From a bacterium (GTDB lineage: Bacteria > Babelota > Babeliae > Babelales > UBA12409): 64,000 bases of DNA. Of the stretch, positions 56,449 through 64,000 are shown in pieces (position 1 is the first letter of the stretch; each line of letters begins with the position of its first letter). A program made the position numbers and the translations under genes. The stretch lies in assembly GCA_018660415.1 (NCBI GenBank), contig JABJKG010000013.1:129874-193873 (forward strand), read 5' to 3'. The notes beneath the pieces were generated by a model. The model was not told where the DNA came from and did not search any database. It saw only the letters and a program-made list of their open reading frames with translations.

Positions 56449-57804
56449 ATGAACAGGGTTATATTAATTTTACTAGGATCCATGATAATGCAGGGGGTAC
56501 ATGCCCAAAGTGAGGAGCTCCGTATTATGCGTGAGCAGGTGGAACATGAACAGTTGATCAACAATAAGCGTAACGAGCTTAGAGAGCTTGAGCAGCAAAA
56601 AAATGTTCTCTTGCAAGATCATAGAGCAAAACTTGCTCAAGCAACTCAAGACTTTAATGAAAGGACTGAAGAGCAGCAACGCAACGTGAGAAAATTGCAA
56701 CAATTGGCTGCTGCTAGCCAAAGAGGCAACACACCAGACGCATTTAGGGATAGGCAGAACGTTGAAAGAGCAAATGAAAGGCTAGAGGCGATAGAGGAAG
56801 AAGAGCTGGCTTATCGTCAAACTAGAATAAGTGAGTGGACCCATGAAACAGCTCAAATAGATAGTAGGATTCGTGTCTTACAGCAGGAGATTGACACCCT
56901 TACAAGGGACAGTGAAGGGCGCGCCCGACACTTAGAAGGCTTTTCTTTAGACTCTAGTAGTATGGGTACGATTAAAACTACTGCTGCAAAGCTTTATAAA
57001 CAAGAGCAGGCTTTAGCAAAGATTGATGAAACTTTAATACGCTTGAAAGCGCTTGAGGCGATTAGGTCTATTTCTGAAGAGGTAAAAGCAGAAGCTCAGT
57101 CGATAATTCAAAGATCTCGCTTAGAAGACCCTGAAAAACAACACCTTTTATATGAATTGGAACATCCCTTATCAGCCGAACAACAAGTAGAGCTTACAAG
57201 GTTGAATAAAGAACGACGCGAGATAACGTTGTTTCAGATTAGAACTGCCCACGCTAATATCAAATCGTTGTTGAAAGATAGAGAGCGTGCGATTCAAGAA
57301 TTGGTTGCGCCGACTCAATCGACATGGGAGCACTGGTGGTCAGGTAGTTATGATAAGGATAATATTGCCGATGAAGGATTGAAAGGTGATATTTCTTTCT
57401 TAGAACAAGAGGTAGAGCTTGGAAAAGCATTGAGAAAGGTTGGCTATAATGCTACCAAAGCTATGAACAAGTTTCCAGAGCTGTTTAATATAGATCAAGA
57501 AGATGAATTTTTTGATATTGAGCCGCCGACTGTAGCGCCTAAGCCTGAGGCTGTAGAACCAGGACGTATGGCACAACTAGCGTTATGGGGATCTCGAATA
57601 AAAAGATGGGGTACTGCTGCAGGTCGTTTTGCACAACAGCTTCTAACACCAAGTGACCCTGAGAAAGACATTGTTAAGATTGTAGCTCATGCTCAGCAAG
57701 AGCTGCGTGATAGGGAGCATCGAGAGCTGGAGTATGAACGTCAAGAAGAGGAAGAAAGAGAAGCTAGATGGGAAAGTGTGCGTCAAGAAGGAGCAGAGAG
57801 CTAG
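56449..57804 (+). CDS. Secreted coiled-coil protein, family member 2
   Basis: Its AGGAG site overlaps the upstream stop codon. Signal MNRVILILLGSMIMQGVHA. Paralogy as described for member 1. Confidence 0.75.
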   Translation: MNRVILILLGSMIMQGVHAQSEELRIMREQVEHEQLINNKRNELRELEQQKNVLLQDHRAKLAQATQDFNERTEEQQRNVRKLQQLAAASQRGNTPDAFRDRQNVERANERLEAIEEEELAYRQTRISEWTHETAQIDSRIRVLQQEIDTLTRDSEGRARHLEGFSLDSSSMGTIKTTAAKLYKQEQALAKIDETLIRLKALEAIRSISEEVKAEAQSIIQRSRLEDPEKQHLLYELEHPLSAEQQVELTRLNKERREITLFQIRTAHANIKSLLKDRERAIQELVAPTQSTWEHWWSGSYDKDNIADEGLKGDISFLEQEVELGKALRKVGYNATKAMNKFPELFNIDQEDEFFDIEPPTVAPKPEAVEPGRMAQLALWGSRIKRWGTAAGRFAQQLLTPSDPEKDIVKIVAHAQQELRDREHRELEYERQEEEEREARWESVRQEGAES

Positions 57805-57902
57805 TTTAAATGTTTGACGTTTTGTAAGAAAAACCAGAATGGAGCCTTTAGTTAACAGAAGTTGAGGAAAAAAAGAGCAACTGTTGACTAAGCGCATGAG
57901 AG

Positions 57903-57925
57903 TTTATTACTATTAGAATAAATAA
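57903..57925 (+). promoter_or_regulatory. Conserved upstream element (copy 2)
   Basis: TTTATTACTATTAGAATAAATAA. The first 13 nt are identical to 54446-54458, and there is a 3-nt insertion. Confidence 0.45.
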
Positions 57926-57956
57926 GATTTTGTTTTGTTTAAAATGGAGAAGAAAA

Positions 57957-58826
57957 ATGAAGAAGTTTATAGGGTTCCTTGTTTTTATGGGAACGATTCT
58001 ACCAGCAGTGTCTTTTGGTGATCATGAGCCATTAAGGCAGAGATATCTTGAAATTCTAAGAGAAGAGGGTGTAGCTACAGCACATGGGGACCTTGAGAGA
58101 TTTGCGCAGGTAGAGCAGGCGATTCCGCAATTAATAACTGATATTCAAGCTGCTGCACCAGGAGATAAACGTATGTTAGGGATACTTCAGATAACACCAG
58201 CAAGATTAACTTCTTATAACCAAGAAGTACAAAAACGACAACGGGCTGCAGAAGAGTTACAATTAGTTGTTGCTCAGCGTAATGCTGTAGAAGAGGAAAG
58301 ACAGAGGCGACTTCTCGAAGAGGCCGAAGAACAACGACGAGCTGACGAAGAGAGAGAGGCGCGGGATTATGAAGACAGGCAGAATGAAGCCGAAAAGCAA
58401 CGACGAGCTGACGAAGAGAGAGAAGCTGAAGAAGAGCGACGAGCTGAAAAAGAAGCAGACTGGGTAAGGCAGCAAGAAAAAGTTCGAGAAGAAAGATTTG
58501 TTAATCCTCGAGAAGAGCATGATCGACAAGCTGCAGAGCGGGCAATAAGAGCTAAGGAAGTACAACAAGAAATAATAAGAGAACACGAGGACACAGGGGC
58601 ACATGCTTCTTGGTTCAGTAATTTTGGTCGTGGGGCTATGGATCAATTTGATGGCGGAGAAGGAATGTGGGATCGCGACGACTCAGATGATGAGCCATTT
58701 CCAGCACAAGAAGAAGTGCAACCTGACCAAGAAGTAGCTGAAGAAGAGGTGGTTGAGGAACCGGCTAGGGAAGAAGTAGAAGAGGCATTTGAAGAGCATG
58801 CTGCACCTTTCGATCCATTTAGCTAA
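57957..58826 (+). CDS. Secreted coiled-coil/charged-repeat protein, family member 3
   Basis: Signal MKKFIGFLVFMGTILPAVSFG. The post-signal motif HEPLRQRYLEILREE matches FEPLRQEYLRIMAEE of member 1. It also contains RRADEEREA repeats. Confidence 0.7.
   Translation: MKKFIGFLVFMGTILPAVSFGDHEPLRQRYLEILREEGVATAHGDLERFAQVEQAIPQLITDIQAAAPGDKRMLGILQITPARLTSYNQEVQKRQRAAEELQLVVAQRNAVEEERQRRLLEEAEEQRRADEEREARDYEDRQNEAEKQRRADEEREAEEERRAEKEADWVRQQEKVREERFVNPREEHDRQAAERAIRAKEVQQEIIREHEDTGAHASWFSNFGRGAMDQFDGGEGMWDRDDSDDEPFPAQEEVQPDQEVAEEEVVEEPAREEVEEAFEEHAAPFDPFS
58332..58460 (+). repeat. Intragenic 66-nt tandem repeat
   Basis: caacgacgagctgacgaagagagaga occurs at 58332 and 58398 (26/26 identical). A degenerate third copy starts near 58434. 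Confidence 0.8.
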
Positions 58827-58849
58827 AATTCAATAGAAACTAAAAAAAA

Positions 58850-58886
58850 GCAGAATAAGGGCGTTGGCTCTTATTCTGCTTTTTTG
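58850..58886. terminator. Bidirectional terminator
   Basis: Stem gcagaataag / cttattctgc flanked by aaaaaaaa and tttttt, between convergent genes. Confidence 0.8.
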
Positions 58887-58902
58887 TTTTAAAAGTCTCT
58901 AC

Positions 58903-59562
58903 TTAAGGGAATTGTTTGATTCCTAGTTTTTTCCAGTCCTCATCAAACTGTTTTATGCCTTGCTTAGTGAGGGGATGCTTGGTGGCCTTTTCTAAAATAT
59001 CGGTTGATACGGTTGCAACATCGACTCCAGCTTCAATTGCTTCATGGAGATGTTCCACGGTTCGCAATGATGCTGCAAGGATCCCCGTAGAAAAACCATA
59101 TGAGTCTTTCATATACTTAATCTCATGGAGCATTGAGATCCCATCTTCATCAATATCGGCAAGCCGTCCAATAAAGGGTGATATATATGTCACTCCCAGC
59201 TTGGACATGAATAAGCTTTGGATGAGTGTGAACACGAGCGTGATATTTAACTTTACCTGTTCAGCGACCAGTTTTTGGATAATAGGATAGTATTCTTCGG
59301 TGCATGGTATTTTTACGAGTATATTTGGGCCGAGAGCAGCGATTTTTTTTGCTTGGTCGTAAACCGCCTGAGGTTCTTTCTCGGTCACCTCGACGCTAAT
59401 TTCTCCGCTTGGGAGGAGATTCATAATGTCCTTAATGACCTTAACAGGATCGCCTCCTTCTTTACTCAGATGGCTTGGGTTGGTCGTAACACCGTCAATG
59501 ATACCCGTATCGGACCATTTTTTAATGTCAGAGACCTTGGCGGTATCGAGAAATATTTTCAT
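58903..59562 (-). CDS. tal: Transaldolase, short TalC / fructose-6-phosphate aldolase subfamily
   Basis: MKIFLDTA....IKKW...GIIDGVTTNPS and the Schiff-base Lys context (ILVKIP). About 219 aa. Confidence 0.9.
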   Translation of the reverse strand: MKIFLDTAKVSDIKKWSDTGIIDGVTTNPSHLSKEGGDPVKVIKDIMNLLPSGEISVEVTEKEPQAVYDQAKKIAALGPNILVKIPCTEEYYPIIQKLVAEQVKLNITLVFTLIQSLFMSKLGVTYISPFIGRLADIDEDGISMLHEIKYMKDSYGFSTGILAASLRTVEHLHEAIEAGVDVATVSTDILEKATKHPLTKQGIKQFDEDWKKLGIKQFP

Positions 59563-59572
59563 TACAGTTCCT

Positions 59573-60667
59573 TTAACTTTGTTTAAGAGCGGTCATATAA
59601 ACCGTTTCATATTCTTTAATTTCATCGGTGTTGAAGTAGTCCATAATAAAATCGTGGGCACCTTGGGCGAGGGCTGCTCGGTATCTGGGATCGTTATAAA
59701 AGGTGCGTGCTGCATTATACAGATCGATCGGTACTGATAAAAAGCATTGAAGGCCTGTCCGTCCTTCTTTGATAAAGATTGTGTTGGATGGGATTGCTGA
59801 TGCGATGATGGGTTTTTGCATGTACATAGCTTCGATAACAGCAAGGCTTTCTGCTTCTGACTGTGAACAGTTGATAGCGACGTTACAGCCTTTGTAGGCT
59901 TGCCAGATATCATCATGTGGTAATGGACCTAGGTACCGGATCCAGTCCTTGTCCTTAATGGCGTCCTGGAACTGGGTAAAGTATTCCTGATCGAGAATGC
60001 TTCCAACAAAGGCTAATTTAACGTTCGGATGTTGTTCATGGAGTTTTTCTAAGAGGTGTATGGGCATGAGATTATTTTTGACTGGTCTGATCCCGGCAAC
60101 GTGTAGGTAGATAAAATCATCCTCATTAAAATTGAATCGCTCTCGAAAATCATAGTGATTGGCATCACAGTGAGGTTCTCCGCGTCTGATTATGGAGCAT
60201 TGTTCCTTTAGTTCAGGATGTTTTTTTATTAACGCGTTCATTCCCGTATTATTGAGTCCCGTGTTGTTAAACGTTATTAAGTGTGAAGCCTTAAGGATTG
60301 TATCCTCAGTTTGAGCAGCCTTTGCAGGATCTAATAAGCATTGATTATAGTCGGTGCCACTGAGTGTTAAGACATAGGGAATATGAAGATGGTGAGCTAT
60401 TGCCACAGCTCGGCGGCTTTTAAAGCCATGAAATGCATGGATAATATCGGGCTTGAATTCAAGAATGGTTTCGATGTTAATAGCATCAGGTGTGAATACT
60501 AAGGTTTGATGTCCCAGTTGTTCAAGGCCAGTGGTGAGGCGATGAATATCAATACTATTACCTGTGACTGTAGGCAGTTTTGTGGGCGTGATAAATAGAA
60601 TATTCAGTGAAGATGATTGTTGAAAGATGATCGATAGAATAAGAAAGATTAATTTTTTATACGCCAT
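59573..60667 (-). CDS. GT4-like (GT-B) glycosyltransferase with N-terminal hydrophobic segment
   Basis: N-terminal KLIFLILSIIFQQSSS followed by the NILFITP strand. C-terminal SQSEAESLAVIEAMYMQKPIIAS. Confidence 0.6.
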   Translation of the reverse strand: MAYKKLIFLILSIIFQQSSSLNILFITPTKLPTVTGNSIDIHRLTTGLEQLGHQTLVFTPDAINIETILEFKPDIIHAFHGFKSRRAVAIAHHLHIPYVLTLSGTDYNQCLLDPAKAAQTEDTILKASHLITFNNTGLNNTGMNALIKKHPELKEQCSIIRRGEPHCDANHYDFRERFNFNEDDFIYLHVAGIRPVKNNLMPIHLLEKLHEQHPNVKLAFVGSILDQEYFTQFQDAIKDKDWIRYLGPLPHDDIWQAYKGCNVAINCSQSEAESLAVIEAMYMQKPIIASAIPSNTIFIKEGRTGLQCFLSVPIDLYNAARTFYNDPRYRAALAQGAHDFIMDYFNTDEIKEYETVYMTALKQS

Positions 60668-60749
60668 TATTACTTCTCTTAATGTATTGAAACTACGTTT
60701 GAGTAGAGTCTAGATAAGAGAAGTATAATTGGCAATTTTTAGTAAAAGA

Positions 60750-62474
60750 CTAATCTCTATTTTGTCCGTAGGTAATAAGTGCATTTTCAAGGCGATCCAC
60801 TTCTTCACGATGGGGGTCACTGACTGTACGGGTACTGTAAAGACTGGTATCTCGAGTGTTGAGTGCTTTTCTATAGTCTTCAGTCAATGCACGGAAATCT
60901 GCGTTTGTATCATATGAAGTTGTGTTTCGCTCTAAGGCGCTGACATCAACGGGCCATTGAAATTCACGAGATGCTTGTGAACGACCTTTTTTACGAATAA
61001 GCCTTCGTTGATTGGCACCTAACCTTTGAACCTTTTTAAGAACTTTAGGTCTTATTTCACCTATTTTTTCTGCATTAGCTTCAATGACCGTTTGAATCCA
61101 ATCAGGGTTTCCAAAACTGTGTTTTTGATGTTTTTTTACCGGTGAAGACCCTGTAAGACGATCAGTACTAGCTTTTTGAGCACGCCATATTTCTATTAAT
61201 GCATCATACTCAGTAGTACGTTGTTGTCGTCTTTGTTCTAATATACCTACTGAGTCTCCATCAGATTCAGAATCAGTATCCTCTTCAAGTTGAGGGCTAG
61301 GTAGCTCTTGTCCGAGTCCTAAGGCTGGTCTGACTTCTTCCTCTTCTTCTTCAGATGTACTATCGTCATCAGAACTAGTGTCTGAAACTGAATCTCCATC
61401 GGATTCAGAGTCAGTACCCTCTTCAAGTTGAGGGCTAGGTAGTTCTTGCCAGACTTCTTCCTCTTCTTCATCAGAACTAGTGTCTGAATCGGAACCATCT
61501 AGCGACAAGGTTTCTTCAACTTCTTCGCCTTCTCGAGCGCCGCCTCCTCTAATACCACTCCATAATCCTTCAAAGAGTCGTAGCAACCCTTCAATGTTGA
61601 TGGAATAGCTATAACTAGCACCTCCAGCGCCTGCAGCTATAAGAGCTGCAATAATGGCTTTTTTTCTATTTTTTCTTGCTTCAGCTTTTACGAACTCAGC
61701 ATGTGATATAGCTGCTTGCTCATCGAGCATTCTGTCCATAGCTTCTATTTCAGCGAGTTCGGCTATCGCTTTTTCTTCTAATTTTTTGAGTCTTGCGAAA
61801 GCTTGTTCTTTTTTCCATTGCTTATACTTATTCCAGCCATAGTATGATCCAGCAGCAAGTGCGATAGCTCCTAATGCCCACAAGGTTTTTGGAATTTTGC
61901 GGGAAACTTCTGCTACAGATTGTGTAGATTCAACTGATGGCACTGGGAATGGTATGTTGGTAGTCGGATTAGGGAACACTAACTCGGCTGGCATTTTGTT
62001 AGGGAATGTGACAGGTGGAATCATATAAGAAGGTGGCAATTGTTTGTGGAGTGCTGAAATCGCAGTTCCTAATGGTGGAAGTATTGCCGGAGTCTGTTTG
62101 GATATAGTTTCGGCTATCGTTTTAGCTACTGGTGTGTTCACCTTAGTAAAGGTTCCTTTTCCAATTTCTCGGGTCAATAGCTGAATGTCTTCCATTGTCA
62201 CTTTTTGTAGATTTTCTTTTTTAAGGAAGTTAGCAACCTCTCTTAAAGTGGTTTTGTTAGGAAATTTGGCAGCATTCTTTTGGTAGGTGAAATATTTAGG
62301 AAAGATTTCAGGAAGGTGCCAGACTCGTGCAGGCGAGTTTTGGGCCCATGGCCGCATAGCTCTACCTCCGGGTAAAACCGTAAAATCAACTTTAGGGAGT
62401 TTAGGTATCCCAAGTAGCGTATTGCCTGATAATGCAAACAATAGGACTAAAAGACCTTTTAATATTTTTATCAT
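60750..62474 (-). CDS. Hypothetical secreted/membrane protein with acidic Ser/Asp/Glu tandem repeats
   Basis: Signal MIKILKGLLVLLFALSG and two internal hydrophobic segments. It contains repeats of LPSPQLEE.TDSESDGDSV. Confidence 0.65.
   Translation of the reverse strand: MIKILKGLLVLLFALSGNTLLGIPKLPKVDFTVLPGGRAMRPWAQNSPARVWHLPEIFPKYFTYQKNAAKFPNKTTLREVANFLKKENLQKVTMEDIQLLTREIGKGTFTKVNTPVAKTIAETISKQTPAILPPLGTAISALHKQLPPSYMIPPVTFPNKMPAELVFPNPTTNIPFPVPSVESTQSVAEVSRKIPKTLWALGAIALAAGSYYGWNKYKQWKKEQAFARLKKLEEKAIAELAEIEAMDRMLDEQAAISHAEFVKAEARKNRKKAIIAALIAAGAGGASYSYSINIEGLLRLFEGLWSGIRGGGAREGEEVEETLSLDGSDSDTSSDEEEEEVWQELPSPQLEEGTDSESDGDSVSDTSSDDDSTSEEEEEEVRPALGLGQELPSPQLEEDTDSESDGDSVGILEQRRQQRTTEYDALIEIWRAQKASTDRLTGSSPVKKHQKHSFGNPDWIQTVIEANAEKIGEIRPKVLKKVQRLGANQRRLIRKKGRSQASREFQWPVDVSALERNTTSYDTNADFRALTEDYRKALNTRDTSLYSTRTVSDPHREEVDRLENALITYGQNRD
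61252..61495 (-). repeat. Intragenic ~138-nt tandem repeat (about 2 copies with indels)
   Basis: The 59-nt cores at 61252-61310 and 61390-61448 are nearly identical. Shorter shared blocks (gacttcttcctcttcttc, tcatcagaactagtgtctgaa) follow each core. Confidence 0.8.
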
Positions 62475-62729
62475 TATACTATAACCTTCATTTTATCCGC
62501 TTTATTATTTCTAATTCTATCATAGATTATTTACACATTGCAATAATTTAAAGAGCGACAATTCTGCTTTATTACAACTGTAAGTAGTGCGTGTATTAGA
62601 AATCCATTAAAATAGCTAATAATAGGATATATTGAGAGGTGAAAAGTGTCAAATGGTCAATAATTTATCAAAATAGGGGTATCTGTTGACCTAGCCGTGC
62701 TATTGAGTGTAAATGTGGCTTTGGCTGGT

Positions 62730-64000
62730 TTACCTTACAACGAAGTTGATCAGGCGTTTCGGTACATATATGGTTTTTACCACCTGTTTACCTTCTAGCC
62801 ATTTAGATACAGCTTTCTGGGCTTGGGACTCTGCTGTAGCCTGGTCTGTGTCTAGGGAGACCTGGATTGAGCTACGGGTCTTTCCATTAACCTGAACGCC
62901 CATCTCTACAGTGTCCTCTTGGGCCAGCTTGGGATCAAACTGAGGCCATGAACAATCTTCCAGTCCTTTTTGAGCTACTTGCTCAATCAGCTCTGCTGTC
63001 ATGAATGGGGCCATGATCGAAAGCATTACCAATATTGACTCTGCTGATTCTTTGCTCAAGCGCATCTTTTTTTGAATGATTTCGTTAAAGAATTCCATGA
63101 GTGCAGATATAGCAGTATTAGGTTTAAATGCTTCTACCCGTTGAGAGAATTCCTTAAGAGCACGATGGACGCGTTTGGTAGTAGCAACCTCTTCTTTGGC
63201 TCCGTCAGGCAAGATGTTGTCAGGATTTGAAAAGAAGTTCCAGACCTTGGTTGAGAATCGCTTGATTCCTTCAAGGCCATTATCCTGCCATTCACAATCA
63301 AGCTCAGGTGGACCCATGAATAAGATGTACATACGTAAAACATCGGATCCATACTTTTGTACGATGTCATCCGGGTTGACCACGTTGCCTTTAGACTTGG
63401 ACATTTTTTCAACAAGGCCACTTTTTTCAGACTTCTTTAAGACCATGCCTTGATTGAACAGTTGCTTAAACGGTTCATCAAAAGGTAAAAAACCAAGGTC
63501 GTGTAAAACTTTTACATAGAACCGAGCGTAAAGTAAGTGTAATATTGCATGTTCAATGCCACCAACATATAGATCTACCGGAAGCCAGTAATTAAGATCG
63601 TCTTGATTAAATGGTTTGTCAGTTAGGTCATGGTTTGGATAGCGTAAGAAATACCAGCATGAGCCAGCCCATTGTGGCATCGTATTAGTTTCTCGCTTTG
63701 CAGGACCGTTACATACCGGGCAGCTTGTGTTAACCCAGTCGGTCATTGCTGCAAGTGGAGACTCTCCAGTGCCGGTTGGTTCATAGTTCTCTACTTCAGG
63801 AAGTAATACGGGAAGTTGATCTTCTGGAACGGGAACGGTACCACACGTATCACAATGAATGAGTGGGATCGGTTCGCCCCAGTAACGTTGACGAGAGAAG
63901 ATCCAATCACGAAGTTTATACTGTGTTTCACCCTTCCCAGTCTTATGCTCTTCAAGGTGTTCAATAACTTTTGGAATAGCTTCAGATCGGGCATCAAGGC
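62730..64000 (-). CDS. leuS: Leucine--tRNA ligase, C-terminal ~423 codons (continues beyond the window)
   Basis: My own translation upstream of 63746 stays open to the window edge: [53 protein letters not shown]... The KMSKSKGN motif is present. Confidence 0.95.
   Translation of the reverse strand, partial: LDARSEAIPKVIEHLEEHKTGKGETQYKLRDWIFSRQRYWGEPIPLIHCDTCGTVPVPEDQLPVLLPEVENYEPTGTGESPLAAMTDWVNTSCPVCNGPAKRETNTMPQWAGSCWYFLRYPNHDLTDKPFNQDDLNYWLPVDLYVGGIEHAILHLLYARFYVKVLHDLGFLPFDEPFKQLFNQGMVLKKSEKSGLVEKMSKSKGNVVNPDDIVQKYGSDVLRMYILFMGPPELDCEWQDNGLEGIKRFSTKVWNFFSNPDNILPDGAKEEVATTKRVHRALKEFSQRVEAFKPNTAISALMEFFNEIIQKKMRLSKESAESILVMLSIMAPFMTAELIEQVAQKGLEDCSWPQFDPKLAQEDTVEMGVQVNGKTRSSIQVSLDTDQATAESQAQKAVSKWLEGKQVVKTIYVPKRLINFVVR

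Noticed and set aside
56027-56564. Antisense ORFs across the junction of coiled-coil family members 1 and 2; also antisense ORFs at 58263-58646
   Set aside because: GA-rich coding repeats generate long open antisense frames (Ser/Leu/Phe-rich). There is no independent support for them.
63791-63997. 68-aa ORF on the minus strand, listed separately from the leuS ORF
   Set aside because: It is out of frame with leuS. My translation of the leuS frame stays open through this region to the window edge and gives canonical LeuRS sequence ([19 protein letters not shown]). The listed ORF is an overlapping artefact.
1-64000. Search by eye for CRISPR arrays, tRNA/rRNA genes, transposases, integrases, phage genes, toxin-antitoxin pairs and known defence-system genes
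   Set aside because: None was recognised. Intergenic regions are short, AT-rich and lack cloverleaf-like or regularly spaced repeat structure. Dedicated tools (tRNAscan-SE, Infernal, CRISPR finders, defence-system HMMs) would be needed to exclude them formally.

Overview
The window is a gene-dense bacterial chromosomal segment, AT-rich by eye, with no rRNA, tRNA, CRISPR array, transposase or integrase that I can recognise. Housekeeping genes frame it and interrupt it: prmC, pth, alaS, glyA, efp, nusB, ndk, rpsA, uvrB, tal and leuS. Sec-signal ankyrin proteins, many orphan secreted coiled-coil proteins and a Cys-rich outer-membrane protein suggest a host-associated or intracellular Gram-negative bacterium, perhaps Dependentiae/TM6-, Chlamydiae- or Legionellales-like. 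That placement is inference only. The dominant feature is a ~25 kb glycan locus at 10040-34897. It starts with a UDP-ManNAcA module (wecB, wecC, a bi-domain oxidoreductase). It continues with a GDP-fucose module (gmd, fcl). The rest comprises about 14 glycosyltransferase or methyltransferase domains: two GT10 alpha-1,3-fucosyltransferase-like proteins, one GT11/GT23-like fucosyltransferase, several GT2 proteins, a Wzx-GT2 fusion and three unassigned paralogous families. Almost every enzyme in the fucose part, including Gmd and Fcl, is predicted to start with an MKK-plus-hydrophobic signal-anchor. I regard this as the most unusual system in the window. Four other loci stand out. One is a tandem pair of tiny Cys-rich secreted peptides at 37586-37991. 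Another is an exported stand-alone FtsH-type M41 protease domain next to a short FtsH paralogue. The third is a tandem array of paralogous secreted coiled-coil proteins (54497-58826) with a shared upstream motif. The fourth is an acidic repeat protein at 60750-62474. All family assignments come from motifs read by eye; no database search was run.
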